Of a stretch of 64,000 bases of DNA, positions 17,371 through 27,482 are shown one piece after another. The DNA is from Candidatus Multivoradales bacterium. GTDB lineage: Bacteria; Acidobacteriota; Thermoanaerobaculia; Multivoradales; J023. The stretch spans positions 2,816,001 through 2,880,000 of the forward strand of contig CBDFLE010000006.1 of the NCBI GenBank assembly GCA_965248925.1, read 5' to 3'. A model generated the notes under the pieces. That model was not told the DNA's origin. It saw nothing but the letters and a program-made list of their open reading frames with translations, and ran no database searches. Positions within the stretch are counted from its first letter, which is position 1; each line of letters starts with the position of its first letter. The translations under genes were made by a program, and so were the position numbers.

Positions 17371-18954
17371 TCAGGGCTCGTCGCCGGCTTTCTCGCTCAA
17401 TGCTGGAAAACGACACCACGGGGTGCGCAGCACGGCCAGCTCGTCTCCGGCCATGGTTACGTTGTCGGGTACCGGAAAGCTGGCCAGGCGCTCGAAGTCC
17501 GGTTGGCCAGCGGTGAGTCGGGGGTAGGAGCTGGGAAACACCACCAGATAGTCAGGTTGTTGCTCGGCCAGAAAACGGGCCAGCCGCTCTTCCCAATGGA
17601 CCTTGGCCAACTCGCCGTCAGGGTGCAGGTAGGGGCCGACCTCCGGTGAGACGATGCCTGCTAGGTCGAGCACCGGGTTGGGCAGGTAGTACTTTAAGGC
17701 GCCGATATCTTGGACCGCCAACAACGCCTCCGGGTCGACCCGCTGGGCCAACCAGTGGGCGGCTTTTACATCGCTAGCGCGGACATTGGCGAGGGTCTGC
17801 ACGTAGCGCTCCATACCCTGCACCAGGCTCCAGAACTGCGGCATCAGCACGGCCGCCACCACCAATCCCCGCAACGGCAGCCGGCGTCCCGCCAAGTGGA
17901 GGTTGGACCAAGCGGCCCAGGCGCGTTGCAGGCCGACTGCGCCGAGCACCGCGGTGAGCGGCAGTAAGGGGAAGAAGTAGCGGCCAAAATTGCCCACTAG
18001 CACCGGCTCTCCCGCGGCACTGAGCAGCGAGTAAGCGAGCGGCAGGCCGAGTAGCCACATCGCCGGCAACAGTCCGCGGCTACGCTCGCTGCCGAGGCGT
18101 TCGGCCAGAACCAGCACGCCGGCGCCAGCGAAGATCGTCATCACCGGTTGCGAGTCGAACAGGATTCCCAGCACGGTTCTGAGATACCGCAGGCTGGGCA
18201 GCAGGTCGCCGGAGGCGCTGGCCTTGACGCCGAAGGTGCTAGGCAGTGGCGAACCGCCCACCCAGGTATAGAAGAGCGCTACCGGCAGTACCACCAGCGC
18301 CGCCAAGCCAACCGCGTAAGGCAAGCCGCGGAGCGGCTTCTCGCGCTGGCCGTGGAGGCTCTTGGCGAGCCAGCGATCGATCACGGCCAGCAGCCACAGC
18401 AGGGCGCCTTCGGGCCGTGCCAGGGTAGCCGCGGCCAGCACTACCAGGCTGGCTCGGGGGCGGCTCGCTTGGCGCAGCTCGCGCAGATGCAGGATCATGC
18501 CCCAGAGGCTCAGACAGATGAAGAGCGAGACTTCCATGGCCGACAACGCCGACCAGACCAGCCAAGATGAACTGGCGGTCACCGCGGCTGCCAGCCAACA
18601 AAGGCCACGGGCCAAGCCCAGCTCGCGCGCCAGTTTGGCGGTGGCGTCGACCGCCGCCAGTTGTAGGGCGATGCCGAGGGTCTTGGCCCACAGCAGTGGG
18701 CTGCCGGGCATCAAGAAGCCGAGGGTCAGGAGAGCGGTCCACAGAGGGGCGGTCGAACCGGTGACCCACTGACCGTCGTTGTAGGCTAAGCCCTGGCCGG
18801 CGGCCATTTGGCGGGCAAACTGGAGGTGGATCCAGCTATCGTCCAAAGGCAGGCCGAACTCGCCGCCGAAGACGTAGAGTTCGCTGGCCAGGTAGCAGGC
18901 GCAGGCCAAGGCGGCAAACGCCAGCGGTAGCACCGAGGGTCTTGTTCGGCTCAT
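17371..18954 (-). CDS. GT-C superfamily membrane glycosyltransferase
   Basis: N-terminal TM then LDDSWIHLQFARQM, YNDG..VTGSTAPLW, ME..LF, RPEG, RYFFP, DIGAL..D..G motifs. Confidence 0.78.
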   Translation of the reverse strand: MSRTRPSVLPLAFAALACACYLASELYVFGGEFGLPLDDSWIHLQFARQMAAGQGLAYNDGQWVTGSTAPLWTALLTLGFLMPGSPLLWAKTLGIALQLAAVDATAKLARELGLARGLCWLAAAVTASSSWLVWSALSAMEVSLFICLSLWGMILHLRELRQASRPRASLVVLAAATLARPEGALLWLLAVIDRWLAKSLHGQREKPLRGLPYAVGLAALVVLPVALFYTWVGGSPLPSTFGVKASASGDLLPSLRYLRTVLGILFDSQPVMTIFAGAGVLVLAERLGSERSRGLLPAMWLLGLPLAYSLLSAAGEPVLVGNFGRYFFPLLPLTAVLGAVGLQRAWAAWSNLHLAGRRLPLRGLVVAAVLMPQFWSLVQGMERYVQTLANVRASDVKAAHWLAQRVDPEALLAVQDIGALKYYLPNPVLDLAGIVSPEVGPYLHPDGELAKVHWEERLARFLAEQQPDYLVVFPSSYPRLTAGQPDFERLASFPVPDNVTMAGDELAVLRTPWCRFPALSEKAGDEP

Positions 18955-19027
18955 CGTGTGGGGGCGCCAGATCGCTGGTTCAAGAGGGTTGAGTTCACTG
19001 CTCTGGATGCTAACATCCACCCCCCTT

Positions 19028-20488
19028 ATGTGGCGCAAACCTCTTCTTCGTTGGAACAAAGTAGTAGCTCGCAGCGTGCTTTACGGCTCGGCGGCGATTC
19101 TGCTGGTGCTGTTGATCTGGGGGCCTGGTTGGGTGCGCCAGGCCAATCGGATTGGCATCGCTGTTGAATGGCGCAACACGGATTGGGAGGCTCTCGAGTC
19201 GGTGCAGTGGTTTCGCGATTTTCTGCGCATCGACAGCAGTGCTCCGGACGGCAATGAGGTGCCCGCGGCCGAGTTCTTGGCGCGCCAGCTGGAAGCGGCT
19301 GGCATCCCGGCCCATGTCGAGCGCATTGGCGACCGCAATGCCAACCTGTGGGCGATTATCGAAGGTGAGGAGCGCGGCGCGTTGGTGTTGCACAATCACC
19401 TGGATGTCGACCCAATCCGCTTTCCTGAACAGTGGTCCCACGAGCCCTTTGGAGCCGAGATCGAAGGTCCGTGGGTATTCGGTCGTGGTGCCTTCGATAT
19501 GAAGAGCGTCACCATTGCCCAGTTGAAGGCGATGATCGAGTTCAAGCGTGGTGGCCGCAAGCCGCAGCGCAGCGTCATTTTCCTCGCCACCGGCGATGAG
19601 GAAACCGGCAGCTGGTTGGGCACTCGTTGGATGCTTCGCAATCATCCGCGGCTGGTCGAGCGTTTTGAGCTGGTCTTGACTGAAGGTGGCGCGGTCGAAG
19701 CGACCGATTCCGCGGAGGTCGTCTATTGGGGAACAGAGTTTGCTCAGCGCCGCTACGTCGAGGTCTTCTTCTGCCATAGCAGTCGAGAACGCCTCGAAGG
19801 CATGAGAGTTGCGCTGGAGAGCTATGACTCGGAGCAGCTCAAATGGCGCCTGATACCGACGGTCGAGCAGTTCTTTGCGGTCTATGGTGAGCATCGCAGA
19901 TTTGCCCATCAGAGGGCGATCTTGAGAGATCCACGGGCCGCTTTCGCGACCCTCGGTTTCGACACCCTGCCACCCTACTTGCGGTCCATGTTACGCAATG
20001 AGGCCTATCCCTTTCCCATAGAGCAGCTGGATGATGGCAGTTTCGAACTGCGAGTCATCCTGCATTTGCTGCCCGGTGTCGAACTGCATGAGGCCTGGGA
20101 GCAGCTGTTGCCAGAGTGGATCGTCGAAGATTTGCCGCGGCGCATCGAAGAACCCCATCCCGTGCAGATTCCGAGTGGCGCTGATCACCCCCTCTTCGAG
20201 ATGCTCGAAGGGATGATTGAAGAGCGTTGGCCGGGCACCGCCAATGGCCCGCTGTTCGTGCCGCGCAATGCCACTGACGCGCGCTTCTTTCGCAGCGCTG
20301 GTATTCCCGCCTTTGGCTTCTCGCCGTTCCTGATCCTGTCGGTCGATACCCTACAGATGACCGGTGCCAACGAGCGCATGGCCTTGCCGGCCTTCGCCGA
20401 CGGGGTAGAGATGTACGTGGAGCTGGTACGCCGATTGGCCGCGGGCGAAGATCGATCGATAGCCGCCCAGCGGGCCAAATCCCAGTAG
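19028..20488 (+). CDS. M20/M25/M40 family metallopeptidase, N-terminally anchored
   Basis: HNHLDV, GRGAFDMK, GDEE, TEGG, TDARFFR motifs. Confidence 0.9.
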   Translation: MWRKPLLRWNKVVARSVLYGSAAILLVLLIWGPGWVRQANRIGIAVEWRNTDWEALESVQWFRDFLRIDSSAPDGNEVPAAEFLARQLEAAGIPAHVERIGDRNANLWAIIEGEERGALVLHNHLDVDPIRFPEQWSHEPFGAEIEGPWVFGRGAFDMKSVTIAQLKAMIEFKRGGRKPQRSVIFLATGDEETGSWLGTRWMLRNHPRLVERFELVLTEGGAVEATDSAEVVYWGTEFAQRRYVEVFFCHSSRERLEGMRVALESYDSEQLKWRLIPTVEQFFAVYGEHRRFAHQRAILRDPRAAFATLGFDTLPPYLRSMLRNEAYPFPIEQLDDGSFELRVILHLLPGVELHEAWEQLLPEWIVEDLPRRIEEPHPVQIPSGADHPLFEMLEGMIEERWPGTANGPLFVPRNATDARFFRSAGIPAFGFSPFLILSVDTLQMTGANERMALPAFADGVEMYVELVRRLAAGEDRSIAAQRAKSQ

Positions 20489-20647
20489 CTCACCCACGGC
20501 TGCGAATCTCAGCAGGGAGTATTTCTGCTGCCAACAATGACAAATAGTGTCGGTCAGAGGCTTTGCTGGTGCCGCGAATTGTTCTTGTCTTGTGGGTAGG
20601 GAGAATCGCAGGCCCTAGATCTGGGGTCTGCCGCCAATCGTAGGACT

Positions 20648-20663
20648 TGGCACGATCGATGCA
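20648..20663 (+). promoter_or_regulatory. Sigma54 (-24/-12) promoter of major pilin
   Basis: TGGCACG-ATCG-ATGCA, GG and GC at canonical spacing. Confidence 0.8.
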
Positions 20664-20725
20664 AGAGGGTCAGAAGTAGCTCTTGTGGAATGCTTTTGCG
20701 AGAGTTCGCCAGAAGGAGAAGGCTT

Positions 20726-21262
20726 ATGATGTTTCGCAACCGCCAACGGGGTTTCACCCTGATCGAGTTGCTCATTGTTATCGCGATCATCGGCATCATC
20801 GCCGCGATTCTGATCCCCAACCTGCTGGACGCCCTCCAGAAGGCGAAACAGAAGCGGACGGTCGCGGACGAACGTAACGTAGGTACGGCGCTGATGTCGT
20901 ACATCATCGACGAGGTGGGTGCCGCCTCAGCTGGTGCGACCAAGATCTACCAGGGCTCGACCCACACCGCTCAAACCTACTCGGCGGTCTACCAGATACT
21001 TCACCCGAGCAACACTTTCTTCTATATGCAGGAAGTGGCTCAGTTCGATGGTTGGGGCTACGACCTCACCTTCGCGCTGGCTAGCAACTTCGTGCAGTCC
21101 GCGGTTGTGGCGGTGTGCAGTGGCGGCCGTGACGCTGGCCAGGCGGGTATTACCTGCAATGCAGACCACGACGTCTACCCGTTCCCCACCACCGACTACG
21201 ACCAGGACATCATCTGGGCCGACGGTTACTTCGTACGGTGGCCCGACAAGGTCGCCAATTAA
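20726..21262 (+). CDS. Major type IV pilin / GspG-like pilin
   Basis: AAGGAG RBS; class III signal RQRG|FTLIELLIVIAIIGIIAAILIP; own promoter and terminator. Confidence 0.9.
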   Translation: MMFRNRQRGFTLIELLIVIAIIGIIAAILIPNLLDALQKAKQKRTVADERNVGTALMSYIIDEVGAASAGATKIYQGSTHTAQTYSAVYQILHPSNTFFYMQEVAQFDGWGYDLTFALASNFVQSAVVAVCSGGRDAGQAGITCNADHDVYPFPTTDYDQDIIWADGYFVRWPDKVAN

Positions 21263-21279
21263 GTCCGAGCTAGTTGGCT

Positions 21280-21308
21280 AAAGGCGCCGCTTTCAAGCGG
21301 CGCCTTTT
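21280..21308 (+). terminator. Rho-independent terminator after pilin
   Basis: AAAGGCGCCGCTT-TC-AAGCGGCGCCTTTT. Confidence 0.85.
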
Positions 21309-21345
21309 CCAATTCTAGGGATGTTCGACGTAGAATCGAGCCATC

Positions 21346-22143
21346 TTGTCGAGTTCACTACCCGTCCTCGGTCCGCTACTGCTCGCCTATGCCGGCTTTG
21401 CCGGAGTGGTGATTGGCAGCTATCTGAACGTTGTCGTTTACCGTCTGCCGCGCAGTCACTCCACCGTGCTGCCACGCTCGCGTTGCCCCCACTGCGATGC
21501 TCTGATCAGCGCCCGCGACAACATTCCCGTTCTCAGTTTCCTCTTGCTGCGCGGCAAATGCCGTAGCTGCGCGGCACCGATCTCTTGGCGCTATCCAGCC
21601 GTGGAGCTGCTGACTGGCGGGCTCTTCATGACGGTTTTGCTGCGCTTTGGCTGGTCAGTCGAGAGCCTGGTTGTGGCGGCTTTCTGTGCCGCGATGTTGG
21701 TGTTAGCGCTGATTGACGCAGAGCACTACCTGCTACCTGATGCGATCACCCTGCCGGGGATTGTCCTGGGGCTGGCATTGCAGCACTGGTTGCCGTGGTC
21801 TAGCTTGGGTCAAGCATTGATCGGTGCATTCCTGGTCGCTGGCACCCTGTTGGCGCTGACCTTGGCCTGGCGCGCTCTGCGCGGGGTGGACGGTCTCGGT
21901 CTTGGTGACGTCAAGATGCTAGCGTTGGTGGGCGCCTTCTTCGGCTGGCGGGGAGCCATGGCCACCCTGTTGGTGGCGGCATTGGTAGGTTCGACCTTCG
22001 GTTTAGCGATGATGGCGCGAGGACGCATGAGGCTTGACTCGAGACTACCGTTCGGCCTGTTCCTCGCCCTTGCTGCCGTGTTGGTGTTGTTTTGGGGCCT
22101 GCCGCTCGAGCCGCGAGCCGCCAGTTGGGCCGGGCTACCTTGA
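21346..22143 (+). CDS. pilD: Prepilin peptidase/N-methyltransferase
   Basis: GSYLNVVVYRLP, RSRCPHC, DNIP..S..LLRGKCRSC, ID..HYLLPD, GLGDVK. Confidence 0.95.
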   Translation: MSSSLPVLGPLLLAYAGFAGVVIGSYLNVVVYRLPRSHSTVLPRSRCPHCDALISARDNIPVLSFLLLRGKCRSCAAPISWRYPAVELLTGGLFMTVLLRFGWSVESLVVAAFCAAMLVLALIDAEHYLLPDAITLPGIVLGLALQHWLPWSSLGQALIGAFLVAGTLLALTLAWRALRGVDGLGLGDVKMLALVGAFFGWRGAMATLLVAALVGSTFGLAMMARGRMRLDSRLPFGLFLALAAVLVLFWGLPLEPRAASWAGLP

Positions 22144-23912
22144 GCGCGCCGTCACCCAGTGCGCGGAGTGAACGCTGGCGCCGCCTTGGGTTTCGCCACG
22201 ACAGCCTGATCCTGCTGCCAGCGGCCTTGCTGACTCTGGCGGCTCTTTCGACTTTCTTACTATTTGCCTATCGCAGCACCGTCGAATTGCTGATCGAGCA
22301 ACGCCAGGCGGAAGCCGACCTGCTCGCTCGGCAGGTGGCCGCTAGCGGCGGTGGCGGCCGCTCGGCGATCGAGCGCCTGATTCGTCTCGCCCCGCAGGCC
22401 CGAGGCGTCGCGGTGGTGGATGAGAAAGGACGGATCATTGTTTCTTATGGCGATGTGGCGACCGCTTCGTCGGTCGGGGAGGATCGCCGTCTCTTTACCT
22501 GGTGGGGCGTCGCGCCCGAGTTGCCCGGCGTGGTGCGAGGCCGGGCGAGGCGGCAGACCGCAGCTGGCAGTCAGCAGATTTGGATCGACCTGCCAGCTGC
22601 GATTTTGCACTCCCGGGTCCGTAGCCTGGCGATCTTGACCTGGGTGGTTCTGGGCACCAGCGCGGCGGTGGTGTTGTTGGCGCTGATCTCTCTGCGCCAC
22701 CTGCTGAGCCCCATCGAGAAGCTAATCGAAGGCGCACGCGATCTTGGCCAAACGCCCGAGGACGACGAGGTCAGCTTCTTGCTCCATGCTTTTGAGCGCG
22801 CCACGCAACTGCTGACAGATCGCGAGCAAGCGCGTGAGACCGAGGAGATGGAAGTCATCGAGCGCACTTTGGCCCGCAGTCTAGAGAGCGGCGTGATGTT
22901 GCTCGATCGCCAGGCACGGGTGCTGTCCCTGAATACCATCGGCGCTGCCTTCCTGGGAGTAGCGGAGCCGGCAACCGCGGGAATCCCGGTCCGCGACCTG
23001 CTGGCGGTTCATCCAGAGCTGCTCGAGAAGGTTTATGACAGCAGCCTGCGAGGACGGGCGTTGAAGCGCTTGGAGTGCAGCCTGGAAGTCGCCGGGGAAA
23101 GCCGTACCCTGGGCTTCAGTCTGCATCCGCTGCGCCGCGATGACGGCTCCTTCCGCGGCACCTTGATGCTCTTCGCCGATCTCACTGCCAGTCAGCAGGA
23201 AAGCGAGCGCCGATTGCTGGCCGAGAACCTGGCTCGGGTGGGCGAGATGGCGGCCGGCATTGCTCACGAGATGCGCAACAGCTTGGCCACCCTGGGAGGG
23301 TACCTAACCCTGGTGGAGCGTGGTGGCGAGGCTGAATCGATGGCGGATTACGTGCGAGAGATCCGGCATGAGACCGACCATATTCAACGGGTGGTGGAAG
23401 ATTTTCTGTCTTTTGCTCGACCTGGAACCGCGCGCATGGAGCGGCTAGATCTCGAGCCGCTGTTGCATCGTGCCGCGGTCGATCCGGCGTTGGCTGGATT
23501 TCCGGTGCGGGTTCGTCGGCAGCAGGAAGAGACCCTGCCGTGGGTCGATGGCGACCCCCAGCTGCTCGAGCGGGCCCTGCGAAACCTGCTGCACAACGCC
23601 GTTCGAGCGCAGCGTGAAAACTGCTGTAAGGAGCCGCTGCTGGTGACCTTGGAAGTTGTTGCAGAGCAGTTGGTGGTGAACATCGAAGATCGCGGTGTCG
23701 GTCTCAGCGAAGAGGTGCGCGTTCGTCTCTTCCATCCCTTTTCCTCCGGCCACCCACAAGGAGTTGGATTGGGCCTGGCGCTTACCCATCGGATCGTCGA
23801 GCTGCACGGGGGCACGGTGTCTCTCGAGGATAGGGCAGGTGGTGGCACCCGGGCCAGAGTTGCCCTGCCGGTTGTCAAGATTGTTACGAAAGGTAGCAAA
23901 AACGCACTCTAG
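22140..23912 (+). CDS. Membrane sensor histidine kinase (PilS/NtrB-like) with PAS-like domain
   Basis: Two TMs, AHEMRNSL H-box, NLLHNA, EDRGVG, GVGLGLA; TTG start overlaps pilD stop. Confidence 0.9.
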   Translation: MSAPSPSARSERWRRLGFRHDSLILLPAALLTLAALSTFLLFAYRSTVELLIEQRQAEADLLARQVAASGGGGRSAIERLIRLAPQARGVAVVDEKGRIIVSYGDVATASSVGEDRRLFTWWGVAPELPGVVRGRARRQTAAGSQQIWIDLPAAILHSRVRSLAILTWVVLGTSAAVVLLALISLRHLLSPIEKLIEGARDLGQTPEDDEVSFLLHAFERATQLLTDREQARETEEMEVIERTLARSLESGVMLLDRQARVLSLNTIGAAFLGVAEPATAGIPVRDLLAVHPELLEKVYDSSLRGRALKRLECSLEVAGESRTLGFSLHPLRRDDGSFRGTLMLFADLTASQQESERRLLAENLARVGEMAAGIAHEMRNSLATLGGYLTLVERGGEAESMADYVREIRHETDHIQRVVEDFLSFARPGTARMERLDLEPLLHRAAVDPALAGFPVRVRRQQEETLPWVDGDPQLLERALRNLLHNAVRAQRENCCKEPLLVTLEVVAEQLVVNIEDRGVGLSEEVRVRLFHPFSSGHPQGVGLGLALTHRIVELHGGTVSLEDRAGGGTRARVALPVVKIVTKGSKNAL

Positions 23913-23996
23913 GGAAATCTGGAAACGATCTACTAACTATCGCTTAAAGACTGTAAATAAATGGCTTGTGCTTGCCTCCGCAAGTGGGTTGGCGAA

Positions 23997-24012
23997 TGGC
24001 ACGAGCATTGCT
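23997..24012 (+). promoter_or_regulatory. Sigma54 promoter of minor-pilin operon
   Basis: Consensus TGGCACG-AGCA-TTGCT preceded by an AT-rich tract. Confidence 0.88.
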
Positions 24013-24027
24013 CTACCAGGAAGTGCG

Positions 24028-24738
24028 ATGCAAATTCGAAAAGGACATCACCCCGAAAAGGGGTTCAATCTGTTGGAGCTGTTGGTAGTGCTGGCGGTGG
24101 CCGGCATCGTGCTCGTGACGGTGTTCCGTTTCTTCGACAACTGGCGTCCGGTTTTCCAGCTCGAAAGCGCTACCCGGCGGGCCTCGGCACTGATCGCCAG
24201 GGCGCGGTTGGAGGCCTTGCGGCGCAACACCACGGCGGTGATCGAAGCGGACATCGTCAACGGCACCTTCTTCGCCTATGCCGACATCAATGGCAATTCG
24301 AGCCCGGCTTCGCCCGAATTCTCCAGTTATCTGGTTTTCGATCCGACAGATGCAGACCTGTCCGAGCGCCGCTTGGACGACTATTTGATTGGCGAAGCGA
24401 CAATCCCGGCGGGGGTCTTTTTCGGCGATCCGACCAATGGCATCCATGGGGTCGACTCGGTTTGGAAGCTGACCCCTCGCCCTGCCCACGCCGACCCAGG
24501 CGCCAACCTCATGGTTTTCGATCCGAGTGGCCGACTGCTGGATATCGGCACCTATCGATTCACTCGCCTGAACGACAACCACTTGGAAGTTGCCGTGACC
24601 TCTGTGGGTGGCGCGGTTGAGATTCGCAAGTTCTTGAAGATGGCTGATCGGCCCACCAACGGTGTTGACGAAAACGAAGGTTTCTTTGCCCGCGGCAACA
24701 TCGATGGAAATAGCAATCAGATCTGGGTTTGGTATTGA
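24028..24738 (+). CDS. FimT/FimU/GspH-like minor pilin
   Basis: EKG|FNLLELLVVLAV, ARLEALRRN, F.PSG motifs. Confidence 0.85.
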   Translation: MQIRKGHHPEKGFNLLELLVVLAVAGIVLVTVFRFFDNWRPVFQLESATRRASALIARARLEALRRNTTAVIEADIVNGTFFAYADINGNSSPASPEFSSYLVFDPTDADLSERRLDDYLIGEATIPAGVFFGDPTNGIHGVDSVWKLTPRPAHADPGANLMVFDPSGRLLDIGTYRFTRLNDNHLEVAVTSVGGAVEIRKFLKMADRPTNGVDENEGFFARGNIDGNSNQIWVWY

Positions 24739-24772
24739 GCCGATGAGCCTGGACGACGAGGAGAAATCCACT

Positions 24773-25456
24773 ATGTCTTCTATCCCCCAAGCCAAAGTCC
24801 GGCGTCGAGACCGGCGGCGCTCGCTGCCCACCGCGGCAGGCGTCACGCTGATTGAGACGCTGGTTGCCGCCGCCTTGTTGTTGGTCGTTGCGGTCATGCT
24901 GTTGCCGATGTTCATCCAGTCGACACTGAACAACGTCAAAGGTGCCGACTCCACCGAGATGACAAACTTCTCCGTCGCCGCGATGGAGGAATTCTGGCAG
25001 CTGTCGATCGATGAAGAAGAGTTCAAGATGGGTGATGCCGAGACCGGCGATATCGAGGCCATCCCCGATACCATCCCCGAGTTCTCCCTCACCACCGCAG
25101 AGCAGCTAGTGTTGCGACAAGAGGTCTGGCGTCTCTCGGCCAAGACCGCTTCTTTGGAGCATTTCAAGCTCAACGACGGGGCTTGGATCGAGGCCAGGGA
25201 CTTCGTGGAAGACGACGATGTCTTCCGCCGCAAAGTGGTCATGCGCCAGTTTCGCTACGGCGATATTTTCGACGGTTTGCTGAGCATCGATGGCTCGACG
25301 ATCATCACCGAGGGCGACCCGTTCCTGTTTGACAGCCCCTTGGCCAACGGCACCCGCGAAGAAGCAATCCAGCTGCGCGAGCTGGAGGTCGAGATAGAGA
25401 GCGCCCGACAGCCTGGCAAGGGCACCCAGCGGCAACGCCTGTTCCGGATTTTCTAA
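24773..25456 (+). CDS. PilV-like minor pilin
   Basis: GAGGAG RBS; AG|VTLIETLVAAALL; second position in operon. Confidence 0.78.
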   Translation: MSSIPQAKVRRRDRRRSLPTAAGVTLIETLVAAALLLVVAVMLLPMFIQSTLNNVKGADSTEMTNFSVAAMEEFWQLSIDEEEFKMGDAETGDIEAIPDTIPEFSLTTAEQLVLRQEVWRLSAKTASLEHFKLNDGAWIEARDFVEDDDVFRRKVVMRQFRYGDIFDGLLSIDGSTIITEGDPFLFDSPLANGTREEAIQLRELEVEIESARQPGKGTQRQRLFRIF

Positions 25457-25466
25457 AGGGGTCAGC

Positions 25467-26876
25467 ATGCTCGACAAACTCATTCATCCGTCAACCTTTG
25501 TGGGTCGCGCCAGCCACCTGCCGCGGCGCGGGTTCAGCCTTATCGAGACCCTGGTGGCCTTGGTGGTGATGGTGCAAGTAGCGTTCGCCATCATGGTGCT
25601 GTTCAACCAGACCAATAACCTGTCGCGAGCGCAGAACAATGTCGCGATGATGCAGCAGCAGCATCGCATGGCCCAACATGAGATCGCCACATTCACCCGC
25701 ATGGCTGGAGCCGGCGGCTTGCCCCAGGGAGTGCCAGTGCAGATTGCTGCCACCGGTGGCTATGAGATTCACCAGCCCGGTGCGACCAACAGCCTTGGTG
25801 CCGCGCCGCGAGGTCTCGGGGTTGCCGTGATCAATAACATGGCGGTTTCTCAGCGGGCTTACACCGCTGCCGGTCCCATGGTTCGCAACTTCATCCAACC
25901 GGGCACCGATGTACTAGTTCTGCGCGGTCAGATTTCTGAGCAGACCTATTACGTCAACTCGCAACAGCTGGTCGATGGCGATGGTGACGGCACTTTCTTG
26001 GTGCAAATTCCCACCGCCAGTCCCGGTGGCGTGCCGCAAGATTTAGAAGGGCTCCGTTCGACTCTGGCCGAGGTGCTGTCGAGCGGCGATGCCTATCCCG
26101 AAGCGATCATCATTCGCGACACCCAGAACCCTTCCGCCTACGCGGTCATGCAGTTAGACCTCGGCAACTCAACCGTCGGCACGGTGGGTCAGCCAATGAC
26201 CCTGGGAATCAAATTGGATGGCGCCACGCCCCAGGCCAGGGCCTATGGCCAGCTAACCCGCGGCACTTCCCTACTCCTCGGTTCGGGGGGGGTCACTCTA
26301 AACCCGGGAGAAGGACCGAATGTACAGCTACCGGCCAATGTGGGGGCAATCGGAATTCTCGAAGAATACCGCTACTTCGTGCGCCAGGAGTTCGACATTG
26401 CCGGTGACGACACCAGCCGGCCCACCCCGTCGCTGAGTCGGGCGCGAGTCTATCCCGGCACCAACGTCCTGCATCGCGAAGGCTCGGTGACCATTGCCGA
26501 CAATATCATCGACCTCCAATTGGCACTCGGCGTCGACCACTTGCTCGATGGTCTGGCTGCCGATGGGGTGACCGCGGCGCTCAACGGACTGATCACCGAC
26601 GATGGCAGCGAGACGGATGAAGTGCTCTACAACAATACCGCCGACGTTGATGGCCTCGCCAACCCGCTGGTCAGTCCGTGGGCAGGAAACGGCGCAGCCC
26701 TGGGTTTTCTCCGTTTCAGCACCCTTGCCCAGACCGACCGCATGGACCGACATTTTGCGGTGCCGGAGCTTTCGCCCTTAGAAGATCGGACCTACGATGC
26801 GAGCAGCGACTTGATGAAATACCCGACCCGTAAACGAGTACTTACCACCGTGATCGACTTCAGGAATATCCCGTGA
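25467..26876 (+). CDS. PilW-like minor pilin
   Basis: RRG|FSLIETLVAL, RMAG, IADNIIDLQLALGVD. Confidence 0.82.
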   Translation: MLDKLIHPSTFVGRASHLPRRGFSLIETLVALVVMVQVAFAIMVLFNQTNNLSRAQNNVAMMQQQHRMAQHEIATFTRMAGAGGLPQGVPVQIAATGGYEIHQPGATNSLGAAPRGLGVAVINNMAVSQRAYTAAGPMVRNFIQPGTDVLVLRGQISEQTYYVNSQQLVDGDGDGTFLVQIPTASPGGVPQDLEGLRSTLAEVLSSGDAYPEAIIIRDTQNPSAYAVMQLDLGNSTVGTVGQPMTLGIKLDGATPQARAYGQLTRGTSLLLGSGGVTLNPGEGPNVQLPANVGAIGILEEYRYFVRQEFDIAGDDTSRPTPSLSRARVYPGTNVLHREGSVTIADNIIDLQLALGVDHLLDGLAADGVTAALNGLITDDGSETDEVLYNNTADVDGLANPLVSPWAGNGAALGFLRFSTLAQTDRMDRHFAVPELSPLEDRTYDASSDLMKYPTRKRVLTTVIDFRNIP

Positions 26877-27454
26877 ATAAAACCCCCAGCCAACGACACT
26901 CACAGCAGGGTGGTACCTTCATCCTGGTTCTCATGGCCATCTTGGTGTTTACTTTCCTAGGTCTTTCCTTAGCAGTGGTAACTGAGACCGAGATGACTCT
27001 GGGAGCCAACATGCAGAGCATCAATCGTACTTACTTCAGTGCCGAGTCCGGCTTGGCTGCCGCGGTGGCCGCGGTGATGACTACCAACGATTGGTCGGGC
27101 GAGAGCTTCCTGGTCACGGAGCGGGAAATTGGCAATCCCAGTGCGTCCGATAATCTGGTGATCGGCTATCGAGTGCAATCCACTCCCGTAGAACTCATCG
27201 GCCGCTCGCAGCCACCCCTTTCCAATGCCAATTGGGGAGAGCGAACCCACAACACCTTCTTCGTCCGCACGTCGGCGAGCGCCCAGCGCGTCGCTTACCA
27301 GGAATCCGAGGGGGCAAGGGATGTCGTCAATGGCACGACTGCGGGCGACCTGACTTTCGAGTCGCAGCGTGTCGCCACTACCTCCATGCTGCTCTCGCCG
27401 CTCGAAGATCCACCCCTGCAGCAGCTCGATCTCGCCCGCGACGGAGTGCCCTAG
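26873..27454 (+). CDS. PilX-like minor pilin
   Basis: QGG|TFILVL lacking Glu5, YFSAESGL PilX N-terminal motif. Confidence 0.82.
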   Translation: MNKTPSQRHSQQGGTFILVLMAILVFTFLGLSLAVVTETEMTLGANMQSINRTYFSAESGLAAAVAAVMTTNDWSGESFLVTEREIGNPSASDNLVIGYRVQSTPVELIGRSQPPLSNANWGERTHNTFFVRTSASAQRVAYQESEGARDVVNGTTAGDLTFESQRVATTSMLLSPLEDPPLQQLDLARDGVP

Positions 27455-27482
27455 GCGTTATCTAGGAGCGGGAGGAAGAGAG

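Noticed and set aside
20498-20508. Reverse-strand GATTCGCAGCC match to the island repeat
   Set aside because: Only 11 nt, lacks the ATAGGTGCC leader; may be chance
20726-21262. Electrically conductive pilin
   Set aside because: About 12% F/W/Y (20/169) but a 48-residue aromatic-free gap between F1 and Y50, unlike e-pilin patterns
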